Shown: positions 1 through 12,800 of the stretch, one piece after another
Position numbering within the stretch: the first letter of the stretch is position 1
How the letters are laid out: the number at the start of each line of letters is the position of its first letter
DNA from: Trichoplax adhaerens
Taxonomy: Eukaryota > Animalia > Placozoa
Direction: 5' to 3'
NCBI RefSeq assembly: GCF_000150275.1
Contig: NW_002060943.1
Span: forward strand, 2,384,462 to 2,448,461
Length of the DNA: 64,000 nt
Notes under the pieces: model-generated
The model's database searches: none
What the model was told of the DNA's origin: nothing
What the model saw: the letters and a program-made list of their open reading frames with translations, nothing else
Translations under genes and position numbers: made by a program

Positions 1-20
1 AATCCCAGCCAGTCCACAGG

Positions 21-1130
21 ACAGTCACTCCCTCTATTGCCAATGTCTGTCTTGGTAGTCTATAACTCGGTAAAAGTGTGCAATTCATGGCGATATGATG
101 TAGACTGCAGCCAGGCACTTGGACGATTTCCTTGCGATCAATCAAGCCAGCAAAGGAATAGTTCAAGAGAGACTTTTGGATTTTGGCCAAAAGTTCCTGC
201 TACAACTGTCATTCGCTCTACTGCCAATGTCTGTCTTGGTAGTCTATAGCTCGGTAAAAGTGTGCAATTCATGGCGATGTGATGTAGACTGCAGCCAGGC
301 ACTTGGACGATTTCCTTGCGATCAATCAAGCCAGCAAAGGAATAGTTCAAGAGAGACTTTTGGATTTTGGCCAAAAGTTCCTGCTACAACTGTCATTCGC
401 TCTACTGCCAATGTCTGTCTTGGTAGTCTATAGCTCGGTAAAAGTGTGCAATTCATGGCGATGTGATGTAGACTGCAGCCAGGCACTTGGACGATTTCCT
501 TGCGATCAATCAAGCCAGCAAAGGAATAGTTCAAGAGAGACTTTTGGATTTTGGCCAAAAGTTCCTGCTACAACTGTCATTCGCTCTACTGCCAATGTCT
601 GTCTTGGTAGTCTATAGCTCGGTAAAAGTGTGCAATTCATGGCGATGTGATGTAGACTGCAGCCAGGCACTTGGACGATTTCCTTGCGATCAATCAAGCC
701 AGCAAAGGAATAGTTCAAGAGAGACTTTTGGATTTTGGCCAAAAGTTCCTGCTACAACTGTCATTCGCTCTACTGCCAATGTCTGTCTTGGTAGTCTATA
801 GCTCGGTAAAAGTGTGCAATTCATGGCGATATGATGTAGACTGCAGCCAGGCACTTGGACGATTTCCTTGCGATCAATCAAGCCAGCAAAGGAATAGTTC
901 AAGAGAGACTTTTGGATTTTGGCCAAAAGTTCCTGCTACAACTGTCATTCGCTCTACTGCCAATGTCTGTCTTGGTAGTCTATAGCTCGGTAAAAGTGTG
1001 CAATTCATGGCGATGTGATGTAGACTGCAGCCAGGCACTTGGACGATTTCCTTGCGATCAATCAAGCCAGCAAAGGAATAGTTCAAGAGAGACTTTTGGA
1101 TTTTGGCCAAAAGTTCCTGCTACAACTGCC
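21..1130. repeat. 184-bp tandem satellite, about 6 near-identical copies
   Basis: The same ORF starts recur at 119, 303, 487, 671, 855 and 1039 (period 184). Copies differ at only a few sites (tataact/tatagct, gcgatat/gcgatgt). Confidence 0.97.
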
Positions 1131-1980
1131 ATCCATTCTCATCGCTGAGCATCTAGTTTATGCCAGTAGATATTATCTTGAGGGATGGACTGCAGCCAGC
1201 AAGTTGTACACTCAATGTACATTCTACATTGCCTCTAAATCAAAACACCAAATGCTTTAGTGAGCATTGCAAAAGAAAGAGACTGGCTGATTGGAGGAAA
1301 AGTCTCTTCTAGAACTACGATCAATTCTCATCGCTGAGCTTCTACTTCATGCCAGCGAATATTCTATTGCGGGATGGACTGCAGCCAGCAAGTTGTACAC
1401 TCAATATCCATTCTACAGTGCCTCTAAATCAAAACACCAATGCTTTAGCGAATGCGTTAGTGAGTATTGCAAGAGAAAGAGGCTGGCTGATTGGAGGGAA
1501 AGTCAGCTAGAACTACGATCAATTCTCATCGCTGAGCTTCTACTTCATGCCAGCGAATATTCTATTGCGGGATGGACTGCAGCCAGCAAGTTGTACACTC
1601 AATGTCCATTCTACAGTGCCTCTAAATCAAAACGCCAATGCTTTAGTGAGTATTGCAAGAGAAAGAGACTCGTTGATTAGGGGAAAACCTCTAGTTCATG
1701 CCAGCAAATATTCTATCGATAGAATATTTGCTGGCATGAACTAGACGCTCAGCGATGAGAATTGATCGCAGTTCTAGCAGCAACTTTTCCCCAAATCAAC
1801 GCGTCTCTTTCTCTTGCAATACTCACTAAGGCATTGGTGTTTTGATTTAGAGGTACTGTACATTGAGTGTACAATTTGCTGGTTGCAGTCCATCCCTCGA
1901 TAGAATATTTGCTGGCATGAACTAGACGCTCAGCGATCCGAATTGATCGCAGTTCTAGCAGGAAGGTTTTCCCTTAATCA
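1131..1980. repeat. About 190-bp repeat family: about 3 direct copies then inverted copies (fold-back)
   Basis: The unit attctcatcgctgagc...ggactgcagccagcaagttgtacactcaat...ctagaactacgatc starts near 1135, 1324 and 1522. Its reverse complement runs from about 1720 to 1975. Confidence 0.92.
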
Positions 1981-2800
1981 AGGCTAGAACTATGATCAAT
2001 TGATTCTATTAGTGTCTAGTTCGTGGCAGGGTGATACCGATATATTGTAGTAAAAGGCGGACTATAGTAAGGAACTTGAACGCTAGTGAATATTTAAAGA
2101 GAGAGAGAAGTTGATTTTGCAAAAATGAAGGCTAGAACTACCACCGCTTCTATTAGTATCTAGTTTATGGCAGCGTGATACTGATATATTGTACTAAAAA
2201 GACGGACTACAGTAAGGAACTTGAAGGGTAGTGAAGGGTATCTAGTTTCTAGCAATGGATATATAAATCCAGAATACCAATGCTGTAGCGAGTATTGAAA
2301 GAGAGAGACTGCTTGATTTTTGCAATAATCAAGGCTACAACTACGATCAATTGATTCTATTAGTGTCTAGTTAATGGCAGGGTGATACCGATATATTGTA
2401 GTAAAAGACAGACTACAGTAAGGAACTTGAACGCTAGTGAATATTTAAAGAGGGAGAGAAGTTGATTTTGCAAAAATGAAGGCTAGAACTACCATCGCTT
2501 CTATTAGTATCTAGTTTATGGCAGTGTGATACTGATATATTATACTAAAAAGACGGACTACAGTAAGGAACTTGAGCGGTAGCGAATCTTAAGGATAAAA
2601 TCATTCTTAGGAATGGCCGTAACAGATATATATCAATCCAAAATACCAATGCTGTAGCGAGTAATTAAAGAGAGAGAGAGAGAGAGAGACTCCTTCAACG
2701 ACGATCAATTCTATTAATATCTAGTTCATGGCAGTGTGATATTGATATATTGTACTAAAAGACGGGGAACTACGTTAACAAATTTGAACGGTACCCATCA
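1980..2800. repeat. Degenerate tandem repeat with alternating about 150/200-bp units, plus an (AG)n tract near 2669-2689
   Basis: The unit aaggcta(g/c)aacta...ttctattagt(g/a)tctagtt...gatatattgta...gactacagtaaggaacttga recurs near 1980, 2129, 2331 and 2479, with a partial copy near 2700. Confidence 0.88.
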
Positions 2801-4922
2801 ATCAAAAACGCCAAGGAAAAAACAGTCAATGATTAATCCTGTAATTAGTTACTGGCAAGGGGATAGTTGATCATGGAACTTTCGCCATCCTAAGTTATAA
2901 TGATGATAAAACTCAGCTATTATGAAATAGAACTCATCATCTGCTCCGTATACAGTCGCTAGAAAGAAGATTAATCCTTCAGTAAATTCTTAACTGGTAG
3001 ACGGTAGGATAATTGATCTTACCCCTGTCAGACATTACAAATAGGGCTCTACGATTAATCTTCAGTAGCTATCATTACTCATTCCATGTGTTGTACAAGC
3101 AGTAGGAATAATGCATGAAATAATCCAATGTCAACTGTTGTAGAAACGGGAATTATCTTACTGCCTATCAGATATTACAAATACAGTATATACTCTACCA
3201 TTAATCTTGAATCGTTATTACTCTTTCCAAGTACATACAGTCGAGATGACAAACGAAAAATTCACAGAAAATCTTCCAGAAGTATAAGTAATCTCACTAT
3301 ACAGCACAGTACGAGTATGCAAATAAATGCCATTAAACGAGATTATCTGGAGTAAATAGAAACTTTTCAGTAGCCATTGCTCTTTTCATGTACGCGTACT
3401 ATGACAATATATATATACAGTTACAGTAGAGATAATTGATGTACTTTCAGAAACAACCTAATGGAAACTGTTCCAAGAACGAGCGTTATAGAATTCTTGT
3501 TTCTGCGACCGTTTACATTAAGTTATAAATCATTAACAAACAGTAGGATACAGTGTTAACCCTCGTTTCTGAAATAGTCTGCATTATATATTATAGCGTG
3601 TCTAATCGCTTTATATATACATAAGAAGAGCAATGACTACTGAAAGTTAATCGTTCTACATTACAGATAGTGCGGCAGTCCCCTGAAACAGGATGTTGTC
3701 ATATTATATCGCTCGTAATAATCTTAACGCTTCCAATTAGTTTAACAGCAATGAATAGTAAACAGATTATGCGATAAACTTTCTGAGGCCATGGCTCTTC
3801 CCATGATCTACTAAAATTTTCATATTTAAATATGGACTCAAAAATTAGCAGTAGAAAGGCGTTCAATTTCGTCATGATATTTGTATTTAGGATGTAATAA
3901 TGTGTCCAATTTGGAAGCGAAAGATGGCAAGTTACAATATACGACTAGAACCTAGAATCGAGATACATGTCTAGTAGATTCAATTTAGGAAAAAGGCATT
4001 TTTTATTATGGTCAATAGAACATTTACGTGACTAATCATCAGGAATTCACCGACTAAACTTGACAGTCAACATAACAAAAATGCCATAGTTCAATAGTAA
4101 TATGGGCATCGATAGCACAAAATGGAACCTGTTTTAAACGGTATATCGTATCTCACTCAAACAGTTTGCCTAAAATCTGCTTATTGCAATCTACAGTTTC
4201 CTAAGATAATCCCAGACTATTTTACTACCTACAGTGGTAAATTAGTCATTTTTCGTTTATTTGGATAGGCAATGCATATCAGGAGAATAGGAGAATAGGA
4301 GAATATTCTACATCAGACTATTCTAAAAATTGCCGTTACTGGAAATGAATACTCGACAGATCGCTGAACTTTATTTAGATATTGCGTACGGTAGATTATT
4401 ACTCTACATGAATGGGCCTAACGTAATGAAAAAGGAGAGATCATCAAGTAGAACTTGTTATACTAATTTAGAAGATACAGCAGAGGATGATGGCATCATT
4501 AGTTACTCAACTTAGACTTAATTGAATGGCTTATTGATGGTAATATCTATGTATAGATTGCATTAAGAGTATCTTGCATTGAATTGAAATTGTAATATTA
4601 ACCATTTTTACTCTATTCATCAGCTTGGTAATGCCTAATATAAGCATTCAAAAAGCCAATAGTTTGTTAATTACAGCTACATTCTGTCTAATATAAAGCG
4701 TATGGCAAATATTTTCAAGACATAATTTCTCTTACCTGTTCCGCAAAGACATTGGATCGAGCGACAATATCTTGGACCACTTTAGCTGTCGATTGGGCGT
4801 AAAAAAAGACTTTTATCTGACTTTGATCTATCTTCAGGTATTGATTCTACAATTGCTTTGGGATTTTTCCAAGTATTCAAAATCTCTCAAGGTAGAAAAC
4901 TTTTCGAAAACGAATACTCAAA

Positions 4923-7900
4923 ATGGTTTGTTGCTATTCTTTCGTGTTGATATTCCTAATGCTGTCTATTGGCCAGTCGACAGCAGTTCCAATGAACTCC
5001 AGTTTTCACGCAAAGACCAAATTTTCCCTATCTGAAAATGTACAATGTTGCTGCCATGAAACAGTAGCCTTTTGCGATCTTCACCTGAAAGACAATCTTG
5101 TCATAACCAATAAATGTTTCTCCTACGTTACTACCCTAACGTTAAATGAGCCTGCCGTGGGCACCATCAAAAAATTCCACGCTAACTTTACAAGAAATAT
5201 GCAGCATTTAATCATCAATGGTGGCAGAGTCGATCTGGCCGAATTTAATGTCTTTATCAATTCTTCCTTGATGATGCTTACCTTAAATCAAACGACAATC
5301 GATGGACAAGAACATCCACTGCCTGCAATTGAGACAATTAAAATCTATCAAACTAATTTAAATCGTTTACCTTTTTTCCATCCTAGTTTCAATCCGAGGA
5401 AAAGATCGCTAGGAAAATATGTGGGCAGTTTACTTTTGGACAATAATCAAATCAAAAATACCGATGTGGATATTATGTCAGCTGGAGTCTATGCTCACTT
5501 GGAACGTTTATCACTTCGTGGCAATCAAATTTCTAGTCTTGTAAATTTTGAAATTTTAAACTTTATGCAAGGGTTAAAATGGTTGGATTTATCCAATAAT
5601 AGCATCAGTACAGTTGACAAAATGACTTTAGCACCGTTAATTCAATTGCATTATTTATCGTTAAAAGATCAACGGATTACTGGGCCTTTCCAATTTCAAG
5701 CCGATTTATTAGATTCGTTATTAACACAAATTAATCATCGATGGCAATTACGCATTGAGTTACCGCAATATGTCTATTGCAATTGTACTACATCTTGGAT
5801 TCAATCTTGGATTTTTAATTCCAATCCAGATTACTTTGTTGCTAATTATGATCAAATTGCATGCTTTAACAAAGTATTGCCAGGCAACAGTCAAAGGGCA
5901 ATTAATCGTGTCGACTTTAGTCGTTGTCTATGTCGGCAGCATGATTGCCATGATCCAATGTCATATTGCCATTACTATACTATTAACGGTGGTTTTGCAG
6001 CGGATTGGCAATGTGGTAAAGGATATGCAACTTACTTTGATGGGAGCGATCTTCGTAAACGATGCTATCCATGTAAGTTAACATCATATCTCATTTTAGC
6101 TGATGTATTAATTGCATTTATTTTCTATTTTCCTATTTCATACCAAATGAAAAGGGGGAAAAAAAACATTTACTTAAGGCCTCAAATTTCATAGTAGTAT
6201 GATTATTCTATTTCCATCCATTATTAAATAAGTTAACACTAAATCTCATTTTAGCTGATAGATGGATTGTATATACTATATTTTCATTTTCCCATTTCAT
6301 ATTAAATGAAAAGGAAAAAAAAGATTTATTACTTGATGCCTCAAATTTCTTCAGCAGCATGATTGTTCTATCTCTATATTTTATTGAACAAGTCAATACT
6401 GCATCTCATTTTAGCTGATGAATAGATTGCATATATTTTCTATTTTCCTATTTCATATCGAGTAAAAAAGGAAAGAAAAAATCTTTTTTACGCCGTACAT
6501 CAAATTTCATAGTACTGCATTTTTTATTGAATAAGATCTACCAAACTTAATCATAGAGGTTACCAAAAGAGGACGATGCAATTAAAAGTCTTCTTCATAC
6601 AGAATAGTATTAAAATACTGTACTAGCGTAGAACAGTCAATAGAAAATTTCTACTGTAGTAAATAGAATTTTCAAATTCTTGATCTTTCAGCTAATATAT
6701 CCTTCAAACCCTTTTAGTTAAAACGGCCTCATGTCGACATTCTGGAACAGAACTGTCCTGCTCAGGAAATGGTTATGATAACGTTCTCCGGCGAGAAAAT
6801 TTGGGTGATGCAGCTACAATATACCGTAAAGTTTTCGACAATAATAATGTATTCCTTTCTACGCTTCATTTGTTTGGCTTTAATTTTGCAAATCAAAGCG
6901 ATTTAATTGCGACTATGGCTCTGATCCATAGTCATTACTTCACTTTATCTGTCAGTAAAATCGTTATTGAAGATTGTATTTTACCCCAATTGGATGTTTT
7001 TCCATTTTTAAATCCGTTATATAGCGCGCCTATAACAGAATTGGTAATAAGAAATTCTCATTTGCAATCCATTACTTTGCCGCATCCAAGACTTGTACCA
7101 AACTTGCAAAAATTGTACTTAGAATATAATAATTTAAGCGCTTTTCCAATGCCACCAGCGCCATACGGAAATTTAACTTTGTTGATGTTAAAAAATAATG
7201 CTATTCAAGATATTCCGTCAGACTTCAACAATATGTATTCGAGATTAAGTAAAGTTGATTTAACCTATAATTCTATCCAACAAATACCAACACATCTTCT
7301 GGATAAATGGCGTCGAAGTCGTTATACATATGTAGATTTATCTTATAATAATATTAAAATATTACCTACGTCTTTAGCTGAAGTGATCGTGACTAGGTCA
7401 GCTAGGATGTATTTTGCTGATTTGCTTGATTATATAGTCGTTCCAATTCGTTTAAGAGGTAATTTAATTCCATTTGATGCTTTAATTGCATTTACATCCA
7501 AATTGCTAATGGATAACGGTAATTGTATGCCACGTACTGGTCAATTTAGTTCTAATCAGAGCCACGTAATGTTCTATCAGCAACATTTTTTCGATACTTA
7601 TCTACCATGTAATTGTCATTTTGCCTTACAATTAAAACCATTATGGATCAAATGCTTAAATTTAACACATCGTTGCTCGAATCAAGGCATTCAACCAGGA
7701 CAGCCTCTAGATTCGTTATTACATCATCGGTGTAAGTGCAGTAAAGAACGTGATGTATGTGTACCATTTGGAATTTGTCATGAATCATCGACAGAATTGG
7801 CATCATCTTGCGTTCTCGATTTCAGAGCAAGGCGTAGCAGTGTTCTATCGCAAGGCACAATCGGCGATTTACTGTGCTATAACATATCGGTTATAGTCTC

Positions 7901-9218
7901 GCCATCGACACTTCCTTCAATCATTGCACCACCATCGAAAAGTTTATCGACATCGACAAGCTTTACAAGTATTGTAACGAGTAGTTCGATTGATGACATT
8001 CAACTGACTCAAACGGAAACAGTAAAAAATGACTATGATAGCTCAGTAACAAATATTTCATCTAGTCCATCGAAAGCGCCATCCAATCATATCATTATTC
8101 CACCCGATAGTAAGAAACCTGAGCCTACTCCATCCATTGCTATTACTACAATGCCCTCTTTGAATCGCTCTACTAATAATTCTGAATTTCAAACTAATCC
8201 TATAACACCGACATTAATCGCAAACGCTTTTGGCGGAGGTGATGAGAAAGTTGCCTATGGTAGGTTCATAGTATGAATCATTCTATCGGCATTGCATGTT
8301 CGTATTTGAAGTTCATGATGCAATTTTTAAGATATTGGCTAAATTAAATTCATTCAAATCGAATCAATTTCATTTACATTAGAAAGTCATTAACAGCTAA
8401 TTCTATAATATTGATAAATTGTTATATTTCATCTTATACAGAATTTAATAATTTATTAACGATTATGTTTTATTTTTGGCTCGTATTGTTATGGTGCTAA
8501 ATTAAGTACTTGTATTTATTTATGACCTTATTTGACTATCGTATTAGCTGTGTAAAATCAAATTCCTAAATTTAAAATCGTCCACGACTAGTTAATAAGT
8601 AACAGCAACATCTTGATGTTCGACAGTACTGGTCGACTGTTTGATGATGATGAAAATGACAATTTTTTTTACTTTTAGGTGTGGCTGGGGCTTTAGCCTG
8701 CGTTGTTATAATAGCCGTAGTCATAGCTTATGCAATTTACAAAAATAAATGGTAAGATAATAACGCAAGTTATAAGGAATAATTTAAATTATTGCATCAT
8801 TATCGTTTTCGTATTCTAGTGATTTAAAATCAGTAAAAGGTTTTACTGACAATTTAAATAGCTGCTAATTTGAGAATATCGCAATGTTGTTTGGCTTATC
8901 TTTAGGGGATTAGGCAAGTACAATTGCTTTGCGAAATCGGATATAAGTCAAAAGTAAGTAAAATTGAGCAAATGTTTAAAATCAATATCTTGCAACATGC
9001 CATTCTTTTCTTACCATAACTGAAGGATACTTAGAGCCTAACAGACAATTTTTAGGATTATTTAGAATTAGCATAGAAAATTAATTTCTCTACTGATTTG
9101 CAAAATAGTATTGCATAGACTGCAATAGGTTACAGAATAATTGAAGTACCATTTCTAAGTAATACATTTTTAACCTAGGGCTTTGGTGAACAATGAAGTT
9201 CTGAATCCGTTGAAATGA
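4923..9218 (+). CDS. Single-pass type I membrane protein, about 950 aa: two LRR blocks each followed by LRRCT and an EGF-like Cys module, Ser/Thr/Pro stalk, TM, short tail
   Basis: Exons 4923-6072, 6718-8259, 8679-8751, 8906-8953 and 9179-9218 are joined by GT-AG introns and total 2853 nt in one frame. Signal peptide MVCCYSFVLIFLMLSIG; LRRs LERLSLRGNQI, LKWLDLSNNSI, LQKLYLEYNNL; LRRCT-like YCNC and LPCNC; TM GVAGALACVVIIAVVIAYAIY. Confidence 0.85.
6085..6530. repeat. Intronic minisatellite of about 155 bp, 3 copies
   Basis: atctcattttagctgat...tttcc(t/c)atttcata...tcaaatttc recurs near 6088, 6243 and 6403 in intron 1 of the LRR gene. Confidence 0.8.
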
Positions 9219-9837
9219 TTAATCCTGAGTAAAGTTTAAGCTTGATTAATTTTCAAGCAATGAACAGATCTTTAGTAAAGATGTAATAGAACTCATGAAT
9301 CTGTATTAATAGATACGTTTAATTTGCATTATATTTCCTGAGTTAGTACCGTAGATCTGTTCAATCAATGTATTTTCTTAACAACATACTCTTATAATCG
9401 TTTGATAATACGTATAATGTACATATATACATGGGTATCCACTGAAATTGTAACGTGGATAAAAGCAAAATAATAAAAAATTAATCACAAACCAAGCCAT
9501 AAATTCATACTAACATTACGTTGAAAGTCAAAACAGAGACACTAGAAAATCTGCTCACTGTAAACAGGCAACAGTAATTTATTAATTTTCACAGCGGAAT
9601 GCTTGCATATTGAATAAATTTGCTTACTTGATAATCGAATACCAATTTTTGGCAACATTTACATTGTGTACAGAAGACATTTACAGTTTTTTAATCAGAT
9701 AGGTAGAATCATACTGTAGAGATAAAAAATAATGGGGCTTTTTAACTCTATCGAAATAATAACAAAAATTTTTATTACGTTCCATAATAATTTAAGAGTT
9801 GATATCAGACTGTACAGTATAATTACGAAGATATCCT

Positions 9838-12800
9838 TTACGTCGAGAGACTGTTAAATTCGTGGTTAAAAGACGTTTTTCTCTGCACTATACAATGCTT
9901 TACAATGAAAGAAAAAGCGATTTCTATCGCTTTCAATATGTCTACAGTCGGTAATATGGCTTCCAAACTCTCACTGTCGTGTATATTTGATAAATCATGC
10001 GAAGAAGAATTGTCACTATTCGAGATATCCATGTCGTTACTATTGCTTTCATTTACTTGTACGATTCCGTTGGATATGCCACTTGCAGTAGTGCAATCCA
10101 CACTTGCATCAGGGGTTACATAATTTGAATTATAGGTAATTGCTGTTTTAGCCGGTGAAGATGTCGATGAATGCATAATCCTTCCACACTGAAGGAGTAA
10201 TGACACAATATCCTCACACATTGGAGGAAAAGCGTATCCGAATCTTGCTAATGCTGGTAAAACTGTTCTAATTAGTTGATTCAGTGCATTTGCAGGAAGC
10301 ACAGATAACATTAAAGTGACATGTTCAAGAATTTGGTTAGCAACATCCATGGACTTTTGAAGAGGATAGTGTATTGCTAAATGTGAGGCCAGTGATATAC
10401 CGAATAACTGAATACAGATAATTACAGATAATTAAGTAATGGAGGGGAAGGTATGCATTGAATTAAAAAGATACAATCAACTACAATTTCATTATCTACG
10501 GAGCTATATACATACTTGCTTGTCCAGTTGAGGTTGATTGATCAATTCTGGAATAAAATCTAAACATACATGCATAGATGGTACACCAGCAACCATCATG
10601 GAGATAAGTTCACTGGGATAGGACTAAAAAATAAATGCAATAGTCATTGATGATGTTACCATCATAATTTACAATGCTATAGCAGAGTAAGACCATAACT
10701 GTCTTATCATTCTACAATTCTTTAAACCTGAAAGTGGACCAGCTTGGTAATATTCGGATATGATATAAAGACTTGATGCAAATGGGAGCATATGATGCTC
10801 CGAATCTCCTGCAGTTCGCTAAGTCGTAACGACTGTTGCTAATACAAGAATAATAATTACATGTTAGAGCAACATAGAGTAGCTAAATATTTAAGATGCT
10901 ATCAATACAACCTGATGATCTTCATTCGTTGGGAGGCAAATCTCCAACAGTATTTGAATTGCAGCTGTTTCCTGGACATAAATAAAGGCGCTTTTAATTC
11001 CTTCTTTCCCTTGTATTTCTTGGTTATTTACGATATTGGCAGATTTTTCTTGTACAATGTTATTTAGAGATGCGCGAAACGCTGTCATGTAAGTATTTAG
11101 GATATGGAGTACTATTTCAAAAATAGGTGGGCACCTACAAATAACAATTTATTCAATTCAGTAAACTAGTAAATATATATTAAGTCCTTTAATTTGAAAA
11201 CTTACCTAAAGACACGCTTATCACATTTTAATATGATTAAGGGGGTAACAGTCAGACTTTCAGCAGATATGACATCTAATTGTTCCGGCAGATCCGTCAT
11301 TTGTGATCGATATAAAGCCTTAATAGTAGGTATCCATAGCCTAAAAAGGTAAATTATGTACTCTTTAGCATTATTACACATTTATTCATTATCTTAGAAT
11401 TAATCGACTACAAGATACTAACTGATGAGACATAGCAGCGGACAACCTATACCACAATTTGTTCACCATCAATGCAATCTTGCGCGGAGTATCTTCTTCA
11501 ATCATCAATGGTAGTGATTTGATTACTAAATTAGAATAACTTAACAGTGATTCCATAGGCAAGGACATTAACTGCGTCAGTAATAACATTGCCGCCATTG
11601 GTTGGGTGAAGGATTTTTCTAAAGCTGTAAAGCGGTGCAACAGTAACTTCAATTTAAAGCAAGTTATCAACATTATGTACACAACTTATCCAAGATCATA
11701 TACTATATACCTTTCCAAGCCATCTCGTGATTAATTAGAATTTGCCGGATGTGTTTTGGTATAAATACCGGAGTGTCACCTTTGACTACGCTTTGATTTG
11801 CTCTTAGCTCAGAGTTATGAGATTGAGTCAGCTCTTCTTGCATTTCTTCAACTTTTAGCCAGTGATCCACCATACATAGCTGACGGTGATGTGTTACTAA
11901 TAGACGAAGTAGCATAGGATAGATCTCGCCGTAGTCTTCCTGGTGACTTTTAGCTTCCAAGAACAATTTTCGTATAGGCAGTTGCGATATTAGCGCCTGG
12001 CTGTAAGTTTTTCTTGCACTAATCTTAGTTTGGCTGGTTACTAAACATTAATAAGATGTTATAGTGAATTGAGGAAGAAAATAATGTAGCTAGGTAAGTA
12101 ATTAATCGTGTATACCTGGCTTTTTCGTCTTATTTACGAAATGATCTTGATATGCCAATACATAATACAATACTAGAACCTTACTAGCAAGGCTGATATC
12201 ATCGTGAAATATAGATATAACTTCATCGTCACTGAAACCTTCCAATACAAACAATTTCTGATCATCTGGGTTAATATTAAATTTGCTCTGCGTTGATGAA
12301 CCGTCGTAAAATAGTAGATCTACAAACGCTTCAATGACGCGAGGCATTAAAGAATGCAAAGGTGATTGCGCTGCTCGAATCTGATTATATAGCCAAGTCT
12401 ATCAAAATAATATTTAAAAGGTTAATAATATTAAGTGCAATATCATACGTCGGCAAAGACGATACGTGGATAGATAATCATCAGTTTTTAGCATTAAGTA
12501 ATTACTGTACATACCTTAACTTGGACATTATGCTTATAAAATGCTTTCATTCGAAGTAGTTGGTAAATACAGTGTATTGGTAAGAAGCCATCAACATTTG
12601 CATTTAAACTGGGTGTTACGAGAACAGTAACTGCGTGTCTTGTTAAAGCCTACAACAAATGTGCTAACAGATGAGCAATAATAGAAATTGCAGCTGCTAG
12701 TTAATACTGTAAAAAAAATAAAGCAATCAGTTTGGATTGTTAAAATCAACTATTAACCTGTTCTTTAAAAATAACTTGTGTGAACATAATTTTCATTCTT

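Noticed and set aside
37-1744. Repeated 60-130-aa ORFs on both strands
   Set aside because: By-products of the tandem repeats. The period of 184 is not a multiple of 3 and there are no recognisable domains or splice structure.
21-2800. CRISPR-like array
   Set aside because: Whole units repeat with no unique spacers; the context is eukaryotic with no cas genes.
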